NCBI GenBank assembly: GCA_002787535.1
Contig: PCXB01000063.1
Coordinates: 11,935-75,934 of the forward strand
DNA: 64,000 bases
DNA from: Deltaproteobacteria bacterium CG11_big_fil_rev_8_21_14_0_20_45_16
GTDB lineage: Bacteria > Bdellovibrionota > UBA2394
Reading direction: 5' to 3'
The notes under the pieces were generated by a model. That model worked only from the letters and a program-made list of their open reading frames with translations. It searched no databases and had not been told where the DNA came from. Below are positions 38,632 to 48,641 of this stretch, one piece after another (the stretch's first letter is position 1; every line of letters begins with the position of its first letter). The translations under genes were made by a program, and so were the position numbers.

Positions 38632-40152
38632 TCAAGGAACTCGAAAAGCAATAAACAGAGACATATTTTGCCCTGGAGCCCGGCGAACAAGGCTTAACAG
38701 GATTGAATCTCCGGATTTTAATTTCTTGAGAATCTCCGAATACTCCTTTTTCGATTTAATATCATATTTTTTCGAAAGGTAGGTTATTTGTAGAATTCGA
38801 TCTCCGGGAATAACCCCACTTCCCATGGCAGGGGATTTTGGATCGATGCCTTGAACTTCTACACCGCCTTCGTTGGAATCGGAAACAGCCAGTCCTAAGC
38901 GATCCATCTCTTGTTCCGCTTCTCGAGGAGCCTCTTCCTTGGACTCATCAAGAGTCCCCAGTTTGACAGATAAATTAAACGTCTTTCCATCCCGAAAAAC
39001 TTCAAGATTGACGCTCTTGGAGGGTTCCGTCTTTCCGATAATTCTTTGGAGGCCCTTCGAGTCTACGGTTGCCTGTCCATTGACTTGCAGAATCACATCT
39101 CCAGGCTTCAAAGCACTCTTGGCCGCCGGTCCTTTTTCAGCAATCTGATTCACTAAAACACCACTCCGATTGCCCAATCCTAAGGCGCTTTTCATTTCAT
39201 CCGACACATCCTGAATCATAACTCCCAAATATCCCCGCTGAACGCTTCCGCCCTCCTTAAGTTGCGGAATGATTTCTTTGGCAAGGTTGATAGGAATCGC
39301 AAAACCGATCCCGCTACCTTGAGCGGTTATGGCTGTATTGATGCCGATCACCTCGCCCTTCAAGTTAACCAATGGGCCGCCCGAATTCCCGAAGTTAATA
39401 GCAGCATCCGTTTGGATGAAATCATCAAATCGACGATTCTCGTTTGGCGAGATCTCTCGCCCTTTAGCTGAAACAATGCCAATCGAAACTGAGTGATCAA
39501 GGCCAAAGGGATTTCCCATTGCCAAAACCCAATCGCCCTTTTTCATAAGGTCGCTATTACCAAGAAAAGCGTAGGCCAACTTTGTTTTGGCTTTAATTTT
39601 CAAGAGCGCAATGTCGGTTCGAGCGTCTCGCCCTACAAGTGTGGCGTCGTAAACCTCTTGGGGGCCATCTTGGTTTGGATCCGTAGCATTTCCAAAGGTA
39701 AGGCTAACTTCGATTTTGTCCGCACCATCAACGACATGATTGTTCGTTACGATAAATCCGTCGTCCGAAATGATAAATCCCGAACCCATCGACCGCCGCG
39801 GTCGTTGCGGCGCCTGCTGTCCTGGACCAAAAAATTTTTCAAAAAAATCTTCAGGACTGGAAAAAGGATCCATCGGACCTTGTGGCACCTGCGGCGGGCC
39901 ATCTTCCTTTCTATCTTTTGTGATGGACGAAGAAATGTTTACTACCGTGGCATCCAGTTCCTCGATAATAGGCTGAATACTCGGCAATTGAACAAGTTGG
40001 CTTGCTTGAGCGCTTTTTTCAGCCCAAATTTGGTCTTTGGCGCAGGTCCGTTGCGGCTGAAGCAAAAATGAGGAAAGTACGAATAAGCCAATAACGAAAT
40101 TCATTTCATTTATTTTTTTCACAATAATGTATTCTCCGAGCCTAGGATTCAT
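38632..40152 (-). CDS. degP: Do/DegP-family serine endoprotease with two PDZ domains
   Basis: GSGFII, TNNHVV, DIAL, QTDAAINFGNSGGPL, RGYLGV PDZ. Confidence 0.92.
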   Translation of the reverse strand: MNPRLGEYIIVKKINEMNFVIGLFVLSSFLLQPQRTCAKDQIWAEKSAQASQLVQLPSIQPIIEELDATVVNISSSITKDRKEDGPPQVPQGPMDPFSSPEDFFEKFFGPGQQAPQRPRRSMGSGFIISDDGFIVTNNHVVDGADKIEVSLTFGNATDPNQDGPQEVYDATLVGRDARTDIALLKIKAKTKLAYAFLGNSDLMKKGDWVLAMGNPFGLDHSVSIGIVSAKGREISPNENRRFDDFIQTDAAINFGNSGGPLVNLKGEVIGINTAITAQGSGIGFAIPINLAKEIIPQLKEGGSVQRGYLGVMIQDVSDEMKSALGLGNRSGVLVNQIAEKGPAAKSALKPGDVILQVNGQATVDSKGLQRIIGKTEPSKSVNLEVFRDGKTFNLSVKLGTLDESKEEAPREAEQEMDRLGLAVSDSNEGGVEVQGIDPKSPAMGSGVIPGDRILQITYLSKKYDIKSKKEYSEILKKLKSGDSILLSLVRRAPGQNMSLFIAFRVP

Positions 40153-40415
40153 TGTTTTTGCTTCTCGACATAACGAAGTCGTGTTTCGTAGAGAACGTCT
40201 TGAATGAGTTTATCTTCCCGTTCCGACAGATTAGATTTTGTCTTCTGAACCAGTAGCTCGAGAATATCGATATTTTGTTTGGCCGCCTCTAAATTACTTT
40301 CTTTTTTTTTGGAAACGGGATTTTCGATTTCGCCGAGAGCCACAAAGGTTGCCGTAGCCAAGGATAAAACAAAGGTTTCAAAATTAATGCTGTTAGTTTC
40401 CGACTTTTGGTCCAT
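40149..40415 (-). CDS. DUF1844-family protein
   Basis: FVLSLAT...LGEIENP...NLEAAKQNIDILELL..KTKSNLS..E..L....LYETRLRYV. Confidence 0.85.
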   Translation of the reverse strand: MDQKSETNSINFETFVLSLATATFVALGEIENPVSKKKESNLEAAKQNIDILELLVQKTKSNLSEREDKLIQDVLYETRLRYVEKQKQ

Positions 40416-41898
40416 CGCCCGGGCCTCCAGAATTTGATTCTTGTTTCTTCAAAATCGTATTCACATCTACCTTATTGGCGGCTGGAACGGCATCAGTCTT
40501 TCTTACGAGCCTTTGAAAAGCAAACTTTTTCTCGTCAAACGCGGAGGCATCCAATTTGTAGCGAAGGTCAAAACCCCCAAAGCTTATCCATAACGTTTGC
40601 TTTTTCTTGTCTATTGACCATGCCACGATTTGCCCATCTTTAAGTTTTAGGCTGATTTGAAAAAGTAGTTGGGTGAATCCTGGGGCAGGTTCAGATTTCT
40701 CAAATGCCAAGCCACGAATTCGCTTAAGGCTATCCAAAATATTTTTGATCTCATCTTGATTGGGATCCGAAATGCTTTGCTTTTCACTCTTGGCCAACCA
40801 GCCGTCTCCTGTTCGGCTAAGGTTCCAGCCGAATAAATGATCGGTTGCCAAAAGCGCAAGTCCTTCCACTTTTTCAATATCAAAGTTCTCAAAAGATTTT
40901 TGAATATAAGCTTCCGGGCCTTTTTCAAAATTCTCGTAGTGAAAGCGAGGTATTCTAGCGGCAGCTGTTTTGTCAGATTTAGCAAAGTACTCGTAAGAAT
41001 CATCATTCCTATTTTTGGAGCCAAGCTTTTTAGATCGAGCGAACTGAATCTCAAGGCCTTGAGGCCTCTTGTCACCAACGCCACTTCGTAGATCTTTCGC
41101 GCCCTCCTTAAAACCAACAATTAATTGAATGCTTGGCTTGGAAAAAGCGGGAGGAGTCTTGGCGAGAAATTCATTGGCTCGAATCATAGGAATTTTGCTT
41201 ATTTGGTTATTCGTAAAAGATTGATCAAGAGGGAGTTGCCATGGTTGTTTCATTACCCAATCACCTTTTTCATTCCGCTCTAATCGCATCTTTTTCCCAG
41301 ATTGGATAACACTCAGGTCGGCGTAATCATGCGCCTCGACTGTTGTTAACCTCATTTCACGATAGTCTTTGGGCTCAGCTGATTTAAGGATGTCGAGGCT
41401 TTCAGGGGAGAGAATGATGCGCTTGTTCTTCTTGTCATCGATATAGGTAAGCGAGCCGCCAGGATTCTTTCGGCCAATACGTATCATTCGAGGCTCAGCT
41501 GACGCACCCAACTGAAGGCCAATCTCTAAAGCAAGCTTGCCAAGTCCAAAATCATCTAAACGTGCTTCAGCTTCGGGATAACTTGCTGCTTCATAAAGTA
41601 TTTTATCTGCCTTGATTCGAAGCAGCGCGCTAATAAGTGTTTCTACTTTCGTCGAAGAGGCGATGTCCTCATGGGGGCCAAGGAGTTTCCATGTATTACC
41701 GCCCTTTTCAAGAATAAAACTGCCCTTTTCATTCTTAATTTCTATCTGTGCAAGCTGAGAGAGATCATCTTTGATTAGTTGCTTGTCATAATCGTCGGTT
41801 GCTTGCTTTTCTTCTGCAGGTTTTTGAATGCCCCAATAAATATAAGCTCCCATGCCAATAAGAAGAACCAAAAGGAAAATTAGCTGTTTCAACTTCAT
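40393..41898 (-). CDS. DUF4340-domain periplasmic protein
   Basis: N-terminal TM, repeated 'LEK...W.(L/M)..P' modules, LDDFGL, IGRKNP; typical position after GldG-like genes. Confidence 0.75.
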   Translation of the reverse strand: MKLKQLIFLLVLLIGMGAYIYWGIQKPAEEKQATDDYDKQLIKDDLSQLAQIEIKNEKGSFILEKGGNTWKLLGPHEDIASSTKVETLISALLRIKADKILYEAASYPEAEARLDDFGLGKLALEIGLQLGASAEPRMIRIGRKNPGGSLTYIDDKKNKRIILSPESLDILKSAEPKDYREMRLTTVEAHDYADLSVIQSGKKMRLERNEKGDWVMKQPWQLPLDQSFTNNQISKIPMIRANEFLAKTPPAFSKPSIQLIVGFKEGAKDLRSGVGDKRPQGLEIQFARSKKLGSKNRNDDSYEYFAKSDKTAAARIPRFHYENFEKGPEAYIQKSFENFDIEKVEGLALLATDHLFGWNLSRTGDGWLAKSEKQSISDPNQDEIKNILDSLKRIRGLAFEKSEPAPGFTQLLFQISLKLKDGQIVAWSIDKKKQTLWISFGGFDLRYKLDASAFDEKKFAFQRLVRKTDAVPAANKVDVNTILKKQESNSGGPGDGPKVGN

Positions 41899-43469
41899 CG
41901 ACGTGATCTCCTAAGACTCCATATGGCCAGTCCAAAGAGAATGATCAACTGAGGGAGGACAAAAATACTTGCAAAATAAACGCCCTTCTTCTGATCCACT
42001 GTGATTTCTAGAGTTGAATTGCGCCACTGCTTCGGTCGAAGACTCACGGCTTCAGGTGTTCCGAGTAGATAACCAAAAATATTTAAAAATAAATCCCGAT
42101 TGAATTGACTCTGAATTAATCCATTTAGAGCAAAGTCCGCATCTCCAAAAACCACCAAAGATGAATTGCCTTCAGGCGAATTGGTTTCTGCGATCTGCGC
42201 AATAGGATGAGGGCCATTGAGACCAGACTTGGGTTTGGAATCGGGCGTCTGTTTTAAGAGCTCGGCGATATTACTTTCCGTATTTGTCTGTTCGCCAGTC
42301 GAAACAAGAGTCTCGCGACGAACTTTTGAGTCTTTAAAGTTTTTGGATTGAAGTACGGGTTGGGCTACTGAAAACTGAGTAAGGTTTCCGCCGAGGTCTT
42401 TGACAATAGCCTGATCCGAATAGGTCATCCCAATTACGGTTGCCGTGCGGACAGACTTCGATTGGAAATTTAGGACTTGAACTAAAATACTTTGGCCCAA
42501 TTCAAGCCCGTATCTTCCCAGGAGACCTGTATAGCTACTCGGAACTAAGCGATCTTTTGAATTTGCAATCATAGGATCTAGACCCATTACTAACTTGCCG
42601 CCTTTTTTGAGGTAGTTTTCTAAAAGCTTAACAACAGCCTCCGGAGCTGGGTTTTTGGCGCCCCATTCCACAATGACACCAGCATCGTCAGGAATTTTGA
42701 GTGCGGTTGCGAGCTGAAGGGGCCGGACTTGAAAGCCTTCCCGTTCTAACAAAAGCTTGGCAATGAACAAACCACTTTGACTTTTGTCGTCCTCAAGGTC
42801 TGGCTCACCCAAGCCTTGTAAAAAATAAATGGCCTTGGTCGGCGCGCTGAGGCAGCGACGTATGGCCGTAGTGAATTCTTGTTCGGATATTTGACTCTTC
42901 GCCACCTTGACGGTCTTTTCTGTTTTGGGATTTAGGAACACAATCTCATCAACTTGGGCGCTATATTTTTCTAAAAGGGTCGGATCGGTATCGGGATCGA
43001 GAGCTTTAAATTTAATTTGGGAAGACTGGTAGGTGTATTTTTCGACTAGATTTCGAAGGAGCGCTTTGGCGCGAGGGTCGATGACAAAGCTAAGAATTTC
43101 TACTGGCTCTTTAAGTTCTTTGACAATTTTGACCGAGTCATCTGTAAGAGAATGAAGCTTGTTAGTGGTAAGATCGAGTTTCTTTTCACCTAACTTGGAA
43201 TTGGCGATTACATTTACGCCAATCAGAATCAATAAGATGATTAGGGCCCCGAATCCACCTACTATGCTATCACGCTTTCGCCAGATGTTTTTAGTTGCTT
43301 CACCAAAGAATTTAAAAAGATAGATGCCCAATGAAAGGAGCCCGAGGGCTATTTCGATATAGGCGGCCGGAGCGAGAAAAGTATCATGGAAGAAAATAGC
43401 AGCAATGCCGCCAAAGAATAAAAGAATAATCCCAAGAGTTCCTAATAATCTTGTCCAGGTTCCAGTCAT
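41895..43469 (-). CDS. GldG-like ABC transporter auxiliary component
   Basis: DLTTNKLHSLT, YFLQGLGEP, LVVFGDADF, NRDLFLN, C-terminal TM plus RRSRR. Confidence 0.85.
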   Translation of the reverse strand: MTGTWTRLLGTLGIILLFFGGIAAIFFHDTFLAPAAYIEIALGLLSLGIYLFKFFGEATKNIWRKRDSIVGGFGALIILLILIGVNVIANSKLGEKKLDLTTNKLHSLTDDSVKIVKELKEPVEILSFVIDPRAKALLRNLVEKYTYQSSQIKFKALDPDTDPTLLEKYSAQVDEIVFLNPKTEKTVKVAKSQISEQEFTTAIRRCLSAPTKAIYFLQGLGEPDLEDDKSQSGLFIAKLLLEREGFQVRPLQLATALKIPDDAGVIVEWGAKNPAPEAVVKLLENYLKKGGKLVMGLDPMIANSKDRLVPSSYTGLLGRYGLELGQSILVQVLNFQSKSVRTATVIGMTYSDQAIVKDLGGNLTQFSVAQPVLQSKNFKDSKVRRETLVSTGEQTNTESNIAELLKQTPDSKPKSGLNGPHPIAQIAETNSPEGNSSLVVFGDADFALNGLIQSQFNRDLFLNIFGYLLGTPEAVSLRPKQWRNSTLEITVDQKKGVYFASIFVLPQLIILFGLAIWSLRRSRR

Positions 43470-43472
43470 ACA

Positions 43473-44270
43473 TTAGCTCCTTGAAAATGAACGAACAGCG
43501 ATTTGGCCCATCGACAGAAACAGCGCGATAAGGCTTAAGAAATAAACGGTTGATGAAATATAGATGACGCCTTGATTGAAGTTCTCAAAATGCGAGGTGA
43601 TGGCAGCTTTATTCAAAAATAAAGACAAGTTTTCAAAGGCGTTTTCGGCACCCCAAGAAATCATTAGTAAGCCGAGGTTTATAGCCATGGCCACAATCAC
43701 CGCAATAATTTGATATTTCGTAATTGAGCTTGCAAAGAGGCCTATGGCCAAAAAGCTCATACCTGCCAGAAAAAGTCCGAGATAGCTTGCTACCACGGGT
43801 CCAATTTCTGGATTTCCAAAACCAAACATCACGGCCAAGAAAATGGAGTGAGTGGCCAAGACTACCAGCAAGAACAGACTTGCCGCCACAAATTTACCGA
43901 GGACGATCTCTGTGACGGAAATCGGGGAAGTCATCAACAATTCGTAGGTCGAGTTGATACGTTCTTCTGTAAAAAGTCGCATGCAGAAAAAAGGCGCACA
44001 AAACAGAAGAAGCATGAAGGTAAAGGATGTCACGTTGTTAATAAGAAAACTGTTAAGATTAATATAATTGAGCATATCCGGATTCTGCATCATCCGGGCT
44101 TGAAGTTGAGCATCTCTCAAGAGAGCATCAAAACGTTGCATGGAAAACGTGAAATAGTAGCCCGTGCCAAAGGCAAAAAGCCCAAGAACAACATAGGCGA
44201 CTGGTGAGACGAAGAGGCTTTTGAGTTCTCTCTTTGCAATCGTCCAAATTGAAAAAACATTTATCATCAT
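43473..44270 (-). CDS. ABC-2 permease (GldF-like)
   Basis: IAKRELKSLFVSPVAY, MRLFTEER..TYELLMTSP, IVLGKF. Confidence 0.9.
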   Translation of the reverse strand: MMINVFSIWTIAKRELKSLFVSPVAYVVLGLFAFGTGYYFTFSMQRFDALLRDAQLQARMMQNPDMLNYINLNSFLINNVTSFTFMLLLFCAPFFCMRLFTEERINSTYELLMTSPISVTEIVLGKFVAASLFLLVVLATHSIFLAVMFGFGNPEIGPVVASYLGLFLAGMSFLAIGLFASSITKYQIIAVIVAMAINLGLLMISWGAENAFENLSLFLNKAAITSHFENFNQGVIYISSTVYFLSLIALFLSMGQIAVRSFSRS

Positions 44271-44281
44271 GGTCTCCTTGA

Positions 44282-45031
44282 TTAAGCCACCGACAGGCTT
44301 TGACCGCCGGAATTAGATTCAAAACTATCTTTGGATATAACTTCTAGGAAGATCTCTTCAAGTGACTTTTTCTCACTCATATCTTTGAGGGCCTGTTCAT
44401 GAACAATATGACCTGCATTTATAATGATGGCTCGTTCGCAGGTAGCCGTAACCTCGGACAAGATATGAGTCGATAGCAAAACGGTGTGATCGCCGCGGAA
44501 GGATTGAATCAGATCACGAATCTCCATGATCTGAAGCGGGTCAAGTCCAACGGTTGGTTCATCTAATATAATGACAGAGGGTTGATGAATCACGGCTTGC
44601 GCCAGGCCGACCCGTTGGCGGAATCCTTTTGATAGAGTAGAGATCACACTCTTTCGGCGATCTTTAAGTCCACACTTTTCAAGAGCCCATCCTAGTCGAT
44701 CTTTTCGCAAGGCTTTGGAAACCTTTTTTAGTTCCAAAATAAATTTTAAAAAAGATTCCACCGTCATCTCTGGATAGAGTGGGGGCGTTTCAGGGAGGTA
44801 GCCAATCCGTTTTTTTACTTCTTCGGGCTGCCTGGTTACCGAGTAGGAATCAATTATCGCTTCCCCAGAGCTGGGCGGATAGAATCCTGCTAGGATTCTC
44901 ATCGTTGTTGTTTTCCCGGCGCCATTAGGGCCCAGGAATCCTACGATTTGCCCCTTTTCAACTTTGAAGGACAGGTTTTTTAAGGCTTGAAATAGACCAT
45001 AGGTTTTTTCGATTGAGATAGCTTCGATCAT
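44282..45031 (-). CDS. ABC transporter ATP-binding protein (GldA-like)
   Basis: GPNGAGKTT, LSKGFRQRVG, ILDEPTVGLDP, STHIL. Confidence 0.93.
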   Translation of the reverse strand: MIEAISIEKTYGLFQALKNLSFKVEKGQIVGFLGPNGAGKTTTMRILAGFYPPSSGEAIIDSYSVTRQPEEVKKRIGYLPETPPLYPEMTVESFLKFILELKKVSKALRKDRLGWALEKCGLKDRRKSVISTLSKGFRQRVGLAQAVIHQPSVIILDEPTVGLDPLQIMEIRDLIQSFRGDHTVLLSTHILSEVTATCERAIIINAGHIVHEQALKDMSEKKSLEEIFLEVISKDSFESNSGGQSLSVA

Positions 45032-45097
45032 GGAAAGAGAATAGAGAAAAGTCTAAAGCTTTGTAAATATTCTTAAATCGACATCTTGAGTCTGGTC

Positions 45098-46432
45098 CTA
45101 GGAGGGGCGCCTATAAACCTTAAGATCAAGAGCCTTTTCTTCGAGCAAAGATGGGGGTACGCCCAGTTTTTGGCTAGCTTTAAGGATATCTCCATTGGAA
45201 CTTTGAAGTGCCTCAACAATCGCCACTTTTTCGAGTTGAGCCAGGCGCTCTTGTAGATAATCGCGGTTTTGAGCCCAAGTGTTCTGTGGCAGTTTCGGAC
45301 CCGAATACAAGAGATGGGGGGGCAGATATTCCCTTCGGATGACTGGGCCGTCCGCAACATTGACCGCAAATTCTATACAATTTTCGAGCTCTCGAATATT
45401 GCCAGGCCAAGGGTACTGGATGAGTTGAAACACAGCTTCATCATCCAAATGCGAAATAGTTTTTGAAAACTTCTTAGCAAACACCTTGATAAAGTGATCG
45501 ACAAGCGGCTCGATATCCTGAGTGCGTTCCCGCAGAGGTGGCAGATAGATCGGCACCACATTTAAGCAATAAAATAGATCCTTACGAAATTGACCGTTTT
45601 CGATCTTCTGCAAAAGATTAAAATCGGAAGCTGCAATAATTCTAAACTCAATACTTCGTTTTTCGGATTCTATGACATATTGACCAGAGGTCAGGGTTTC
45701 AAAAAGTTTTGCCTGAACATCAAGACCCAAAGCCCCAACTTCATCTATGTAAAGGCTTCCGTTTTCGGCTAGTTCTAAGCAACCTTTCTTTGTTCCCTCA
45801 CCAAAAAGGTAGGCTTCTTGCTGAGGTATGGGGCAGGCCGAAACATAGGCTCGGACGAGGGGGGATTCACGACGGCAACTTTTGTCGTGAAGTAATCTGA
45901 CGACAACCTCTTTTCCGGTTCCGGTTTCGCCCGTAATTAACACATTGGAGTTATTGTTCGCAACGCGCTCGATAATGGAATAAACCTTTTCCATTTCCTC
46001 AGTCGTTCCAATAATTTTATCCTCTTGACGCAAAAAACTTCTCGAGCGTTGAAACTCCTTTTTCAACTCTTCTGCCGAGCCTAAAGCTCGAGTGACGGTA
46101 TTCAGGAAGTCTTCTTGATTGAAAGGTTTGGTGACATAGTCAAAAGCTCCGCGTTTCATGGCCTCTACGGCGGTGTCAATTGTCCCATGTGCCGTAATCA
46201 TAATAACGGGAATCTGTGGGTAAGATTTTCTAATTTTTTGAAGAAGCTTCAAACCATCCATTTTGGGCATTTTAAGATCTGTAATGATGGTATCGGGTAT
46301 CTCTGTCTTTAGAATCTCAACAGCCTGTGAGCCATCAGGGGCTTCAATGGTTTCATGGCCTAAGCGTCGCAGTTGAATGCCGATAATTTTTCGAACACTG
46401 TCTTCATCGTCTACTATAAGAATCTTAGCCAT
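45098..46432 (-). CDS. NtrC-family response regulator (REC-AAA+-HTH) lacking GAFTGA
   Basis: ILIVDDE, DLKMP, GETGTGKE, LYIDEV, WPGNIREL, Fis-like HTH. Confidence 0.9.
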   Translation of the reverse strand: MAKILIVDDEDSVRKIIGIQLRRLGHETIEAPDGSQAVEILKTEIPDTIITDLKMPKMDGLKLLQKIRKSYPQIPVIMITAHGTIDTAVEAMKRGAFDYVTKPFNQEDFLNTVTRALGSAEELKKEFQRSRSFLRQEDKIIGTTEEMEKVYSIIERVANNNSNVLITGETGTGKEVVVRLLHDKSCRRESPLVRAYVSACPIPQQEAYLFGEGTKKGCLELAENGSLYIDEVGALGLDVQAKLFETLTSGQYVIESEKRSIEFRIIAASDFNLLQKIENGQFRKDLFYCLNVVPIYLPPLRERTQDIEPLVDHFIKVFAKKFSKTISHLDDEAVFQLIQYPWPGNIRELENCIEFAVNVADGPVIRREYLPPHLLYSGPKLPQNTWAQNRDYLQERLAQLEKVAIVEALQSSNGDILKASQKLGVPPSLLEEKALDLKVYRRPS

Positions 46433-46448
46433 ATAAACTTTCCTTATT

Positions 46449-48569
46449 CTATTGAGAGCTATCAGCCTTGCTATCGGCTGTCGATGCTTCGATAAGGGCT
46501 TCACGTTTGGTCGGAAGCTGAATTTTGAAATTTGTGCCCCGCAAAAGCTCGCTTCGGACGCTTAAATCTCCTCCCAGAGAATCTACAATTTTTTTACAAA
46601 TAGGTAGGCCGAGTCCACTGCCTGCGCGCTTTGTCGTAAATAATGGCGTAAAAATATTGGGGAGTACATCAGGTGGAATCCCTGGCCCATCGTCCTTGAT
46701 TTCAATAAGAAGCTCGGCAGCTTCGATACTCGCTTGAATCCAGACATTTTTACTAAAAGCTTCGCAAGCGTTGACGAGTAGATTGATCAAAACCTGCTCG
46801 AGTTTTAAAGGGTCCGTTAAGATCTCGAGCGACTCAGGGCTGGGCTGATAATGGAGCAGAGTTCCGGTTTTTTGAGCCTTTTGTTGCGCGGCAGAGATTG
46901 AGGCCCGAATCAAATCTGGAACGGACGTAAGAACCAGTTCATCCGACTTCCGAGCATACTGAAGGTACTGGTTGACCGTTTGCTGGAGACGGTCAAGCTC
47001 TGTCGTCAAAATCGAAACACATTCCTTGTCCTCTGAATTGGTTAGTGTGGGCGAGCTTTCTAAAAGCTGGGCGGCGCCTTGAATGGCACCCAGAGGGTTG
47101 CGAATTTCATGAGCGAGCGCGGCGGACATTTCGCCGAGTGCGGCGAGACGTTGTTGTTGGTCTTGGCGTTCAAAGTACTGAAGTTGATCTATGAGGGAAC
47201 CAAGTTCAGTAATCATTTTTTCAAGAAGTTGAACCTCGGAGTCCGAAAGGCTCGTATAGGGGTTTCGTTCCGATAAGCTCGTTCGTATTATCCAAATTCC
47301 AATTAATTCATCGTTGACGGCGATCGGAAAGATCAGATGAGCTCGCAGATCTCGTAATAGCTTTTGAGCGTCTGAACTTCCATCCTGTTCGTGAAGATAG
47401 GTGTCCAGATGATTGCGTAAATAGTAAACTAAAGCATGATCGGAAGAGAGTTGCTTGTCCGTGTTTAAGTTGCTTTCTGGAACTAGTCGGAAGACGTTTT
47501 GTTGTGGATCCAAGAGATAAAGGCCCGTGCGGTAAATGCGATCTGATTCACGACAACCCTTAAGAAGGCAGGACGTCAATTCATCAATCGAGTGGGTTCG
47601 ACGCATTTTTCGTAAAGTCGTCAAAAGAATATTTTCGAGTTCATGCCGATCCGTGATGAGGCGTCGTAAAATGAAGGCGTCCAGTTGCCGTCGAAGTGGA
47701 TCCATGATGCTTATAATAATGAAGGAGGCGAGGAAGGTGTTGAAAAGAAATAACTCGGGATCGTTTTCGCCTACCCAAACTAGAAGCGATACGAATATTA
47801 CTCCGAGAATCGTCGTTAAGGCTAAAACTCGAATGCCCCGTAACATCAGTTCTCGAATCTCACGCAATCGCTGATTCGAAATCATTTTATAAATGAAATA
47901 AATAAAGACAGCGCTGACGAGATTGCCAAGATAGGGAAGAGGAATGCGAAGCAGTCCCTCCGCTCTAAGTTGTCCAAGAAGTGAAAGCCCCAGACTGACG
48001 CTGAGGCCTAAGCCGATAAACAAGCTTCGAGTCTTGAGCCGTAGATCTTGGGCTCGCTTGTAACGGCGCCAGATTTTCCAGTTAAGGTAGGCCATGGCTG
48101 TAAATGAATACAAACCGCAGACAAATCGATAATAGAAAAGAGTGTCTTGGCCCTTTAAGAAAAAAGCTCCTAGCGCCAAGATGGCCGAATACAAATGCAT
48201 CTGGTTGGAGATAAGAAAACGTGCGTGATAAATTCTTCTCACGCACGCATGGGCCAAGGATGGGAGAAGGGCCGCCACGGCAAGATAAGCCCTCTCGCTC
48301 AAGTCTGCGGTGAGGCTTGTTGCGAAGAACTGAATGTCTCGTTGAGCATAGGCGGAGAGAAAGAATATATTCCATAAAGAATAGGCTAGCGAAAAATTGC
48401 CGCACCAAAACGATGCGGCTGAACGCATTCGAATGGAATTTTGGTAGGCCAAAATAGCAATCCACAGACCGGCAACAAAGCTAACCAAGCAGGCAGCAAC
48501 AATGGCGATCGAGTTTTCGGATGAAACACGATAGTAATCGGGGTTCAGAAATTCGAGCGAGGAAAACAT
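46449..48569 (-). CDS. Multi-TM sensor histidine kinase with GAF-like linker
   Basis: Many N-terminal TMs; LAHEIRNPL H-box, NLLVNA, DDGPGI, FTTK, GSGLGL. Confidence 0.93.
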   Translation of the reverse strand: MFSSLEFLNPDYYRVSSENSIAIVAACLVSFVAGLWIAILAYQNSIRMRSAASFWCGNFSLAYSLWNIFFLSAYAQRDIQFFATSLTADLSERAYLAVAALLPSLAHACVRRIYHARFLISNQMHLYSAILALGAFFLKGQDTLFYYRFVCGLYSFTAMAYLNWKIWRRYKRAQDLRLKTRSLFIGLGLSVSLGLSLLGQLRAEGLLRIPLPYLGNLVSAVFIYFIYKMISNQRLREIRELMLRGIRVLALTTILGVIFVSLLVWVGENDPELFLFNTFLASFIIISIMDPLRRQLDAFILRRLITDRHELENILLTTLRKMRRTHSIDELTSCLLKGCRESDRIYRTGLYLLDPQQNVFRLVPESNLNTDKQLSSDHALVYYLRNHLDTYLHEQDGSSDAQKLLRDLRAHLIFPIAVNDELIGIWIIRTSLSERNPYTSLSDSEVQLLEKMITELGSLIDQLQYFERQDQQQRLAALGEMSAALAHEIRNPLGAIQGAAQLLESSPTLTNSEDKECVSILTTELDRLQQTVNQYLQYARKSDELVLTSVPDLIRASISAAQQKAQKTGTLLHYQPSPESLEILTDPLKLEQVLINLLVNACEAFSKNVWIQASIEAAELLIEIKDDGPGIPPDVLPNIFTPLFTTKRAGSGLGLPICKKIVDSLGGDLSVRSELLRGTNFKIQLPTKREALIEASTADSKADSSQ

Positions 48570-48641
48570 TGATCTTCCTATTTCAATAGATTTGTATTCG
48601 AGGAGCAATGTGGAATTTGGGTTATGGAAGGGGCTAGTCAT

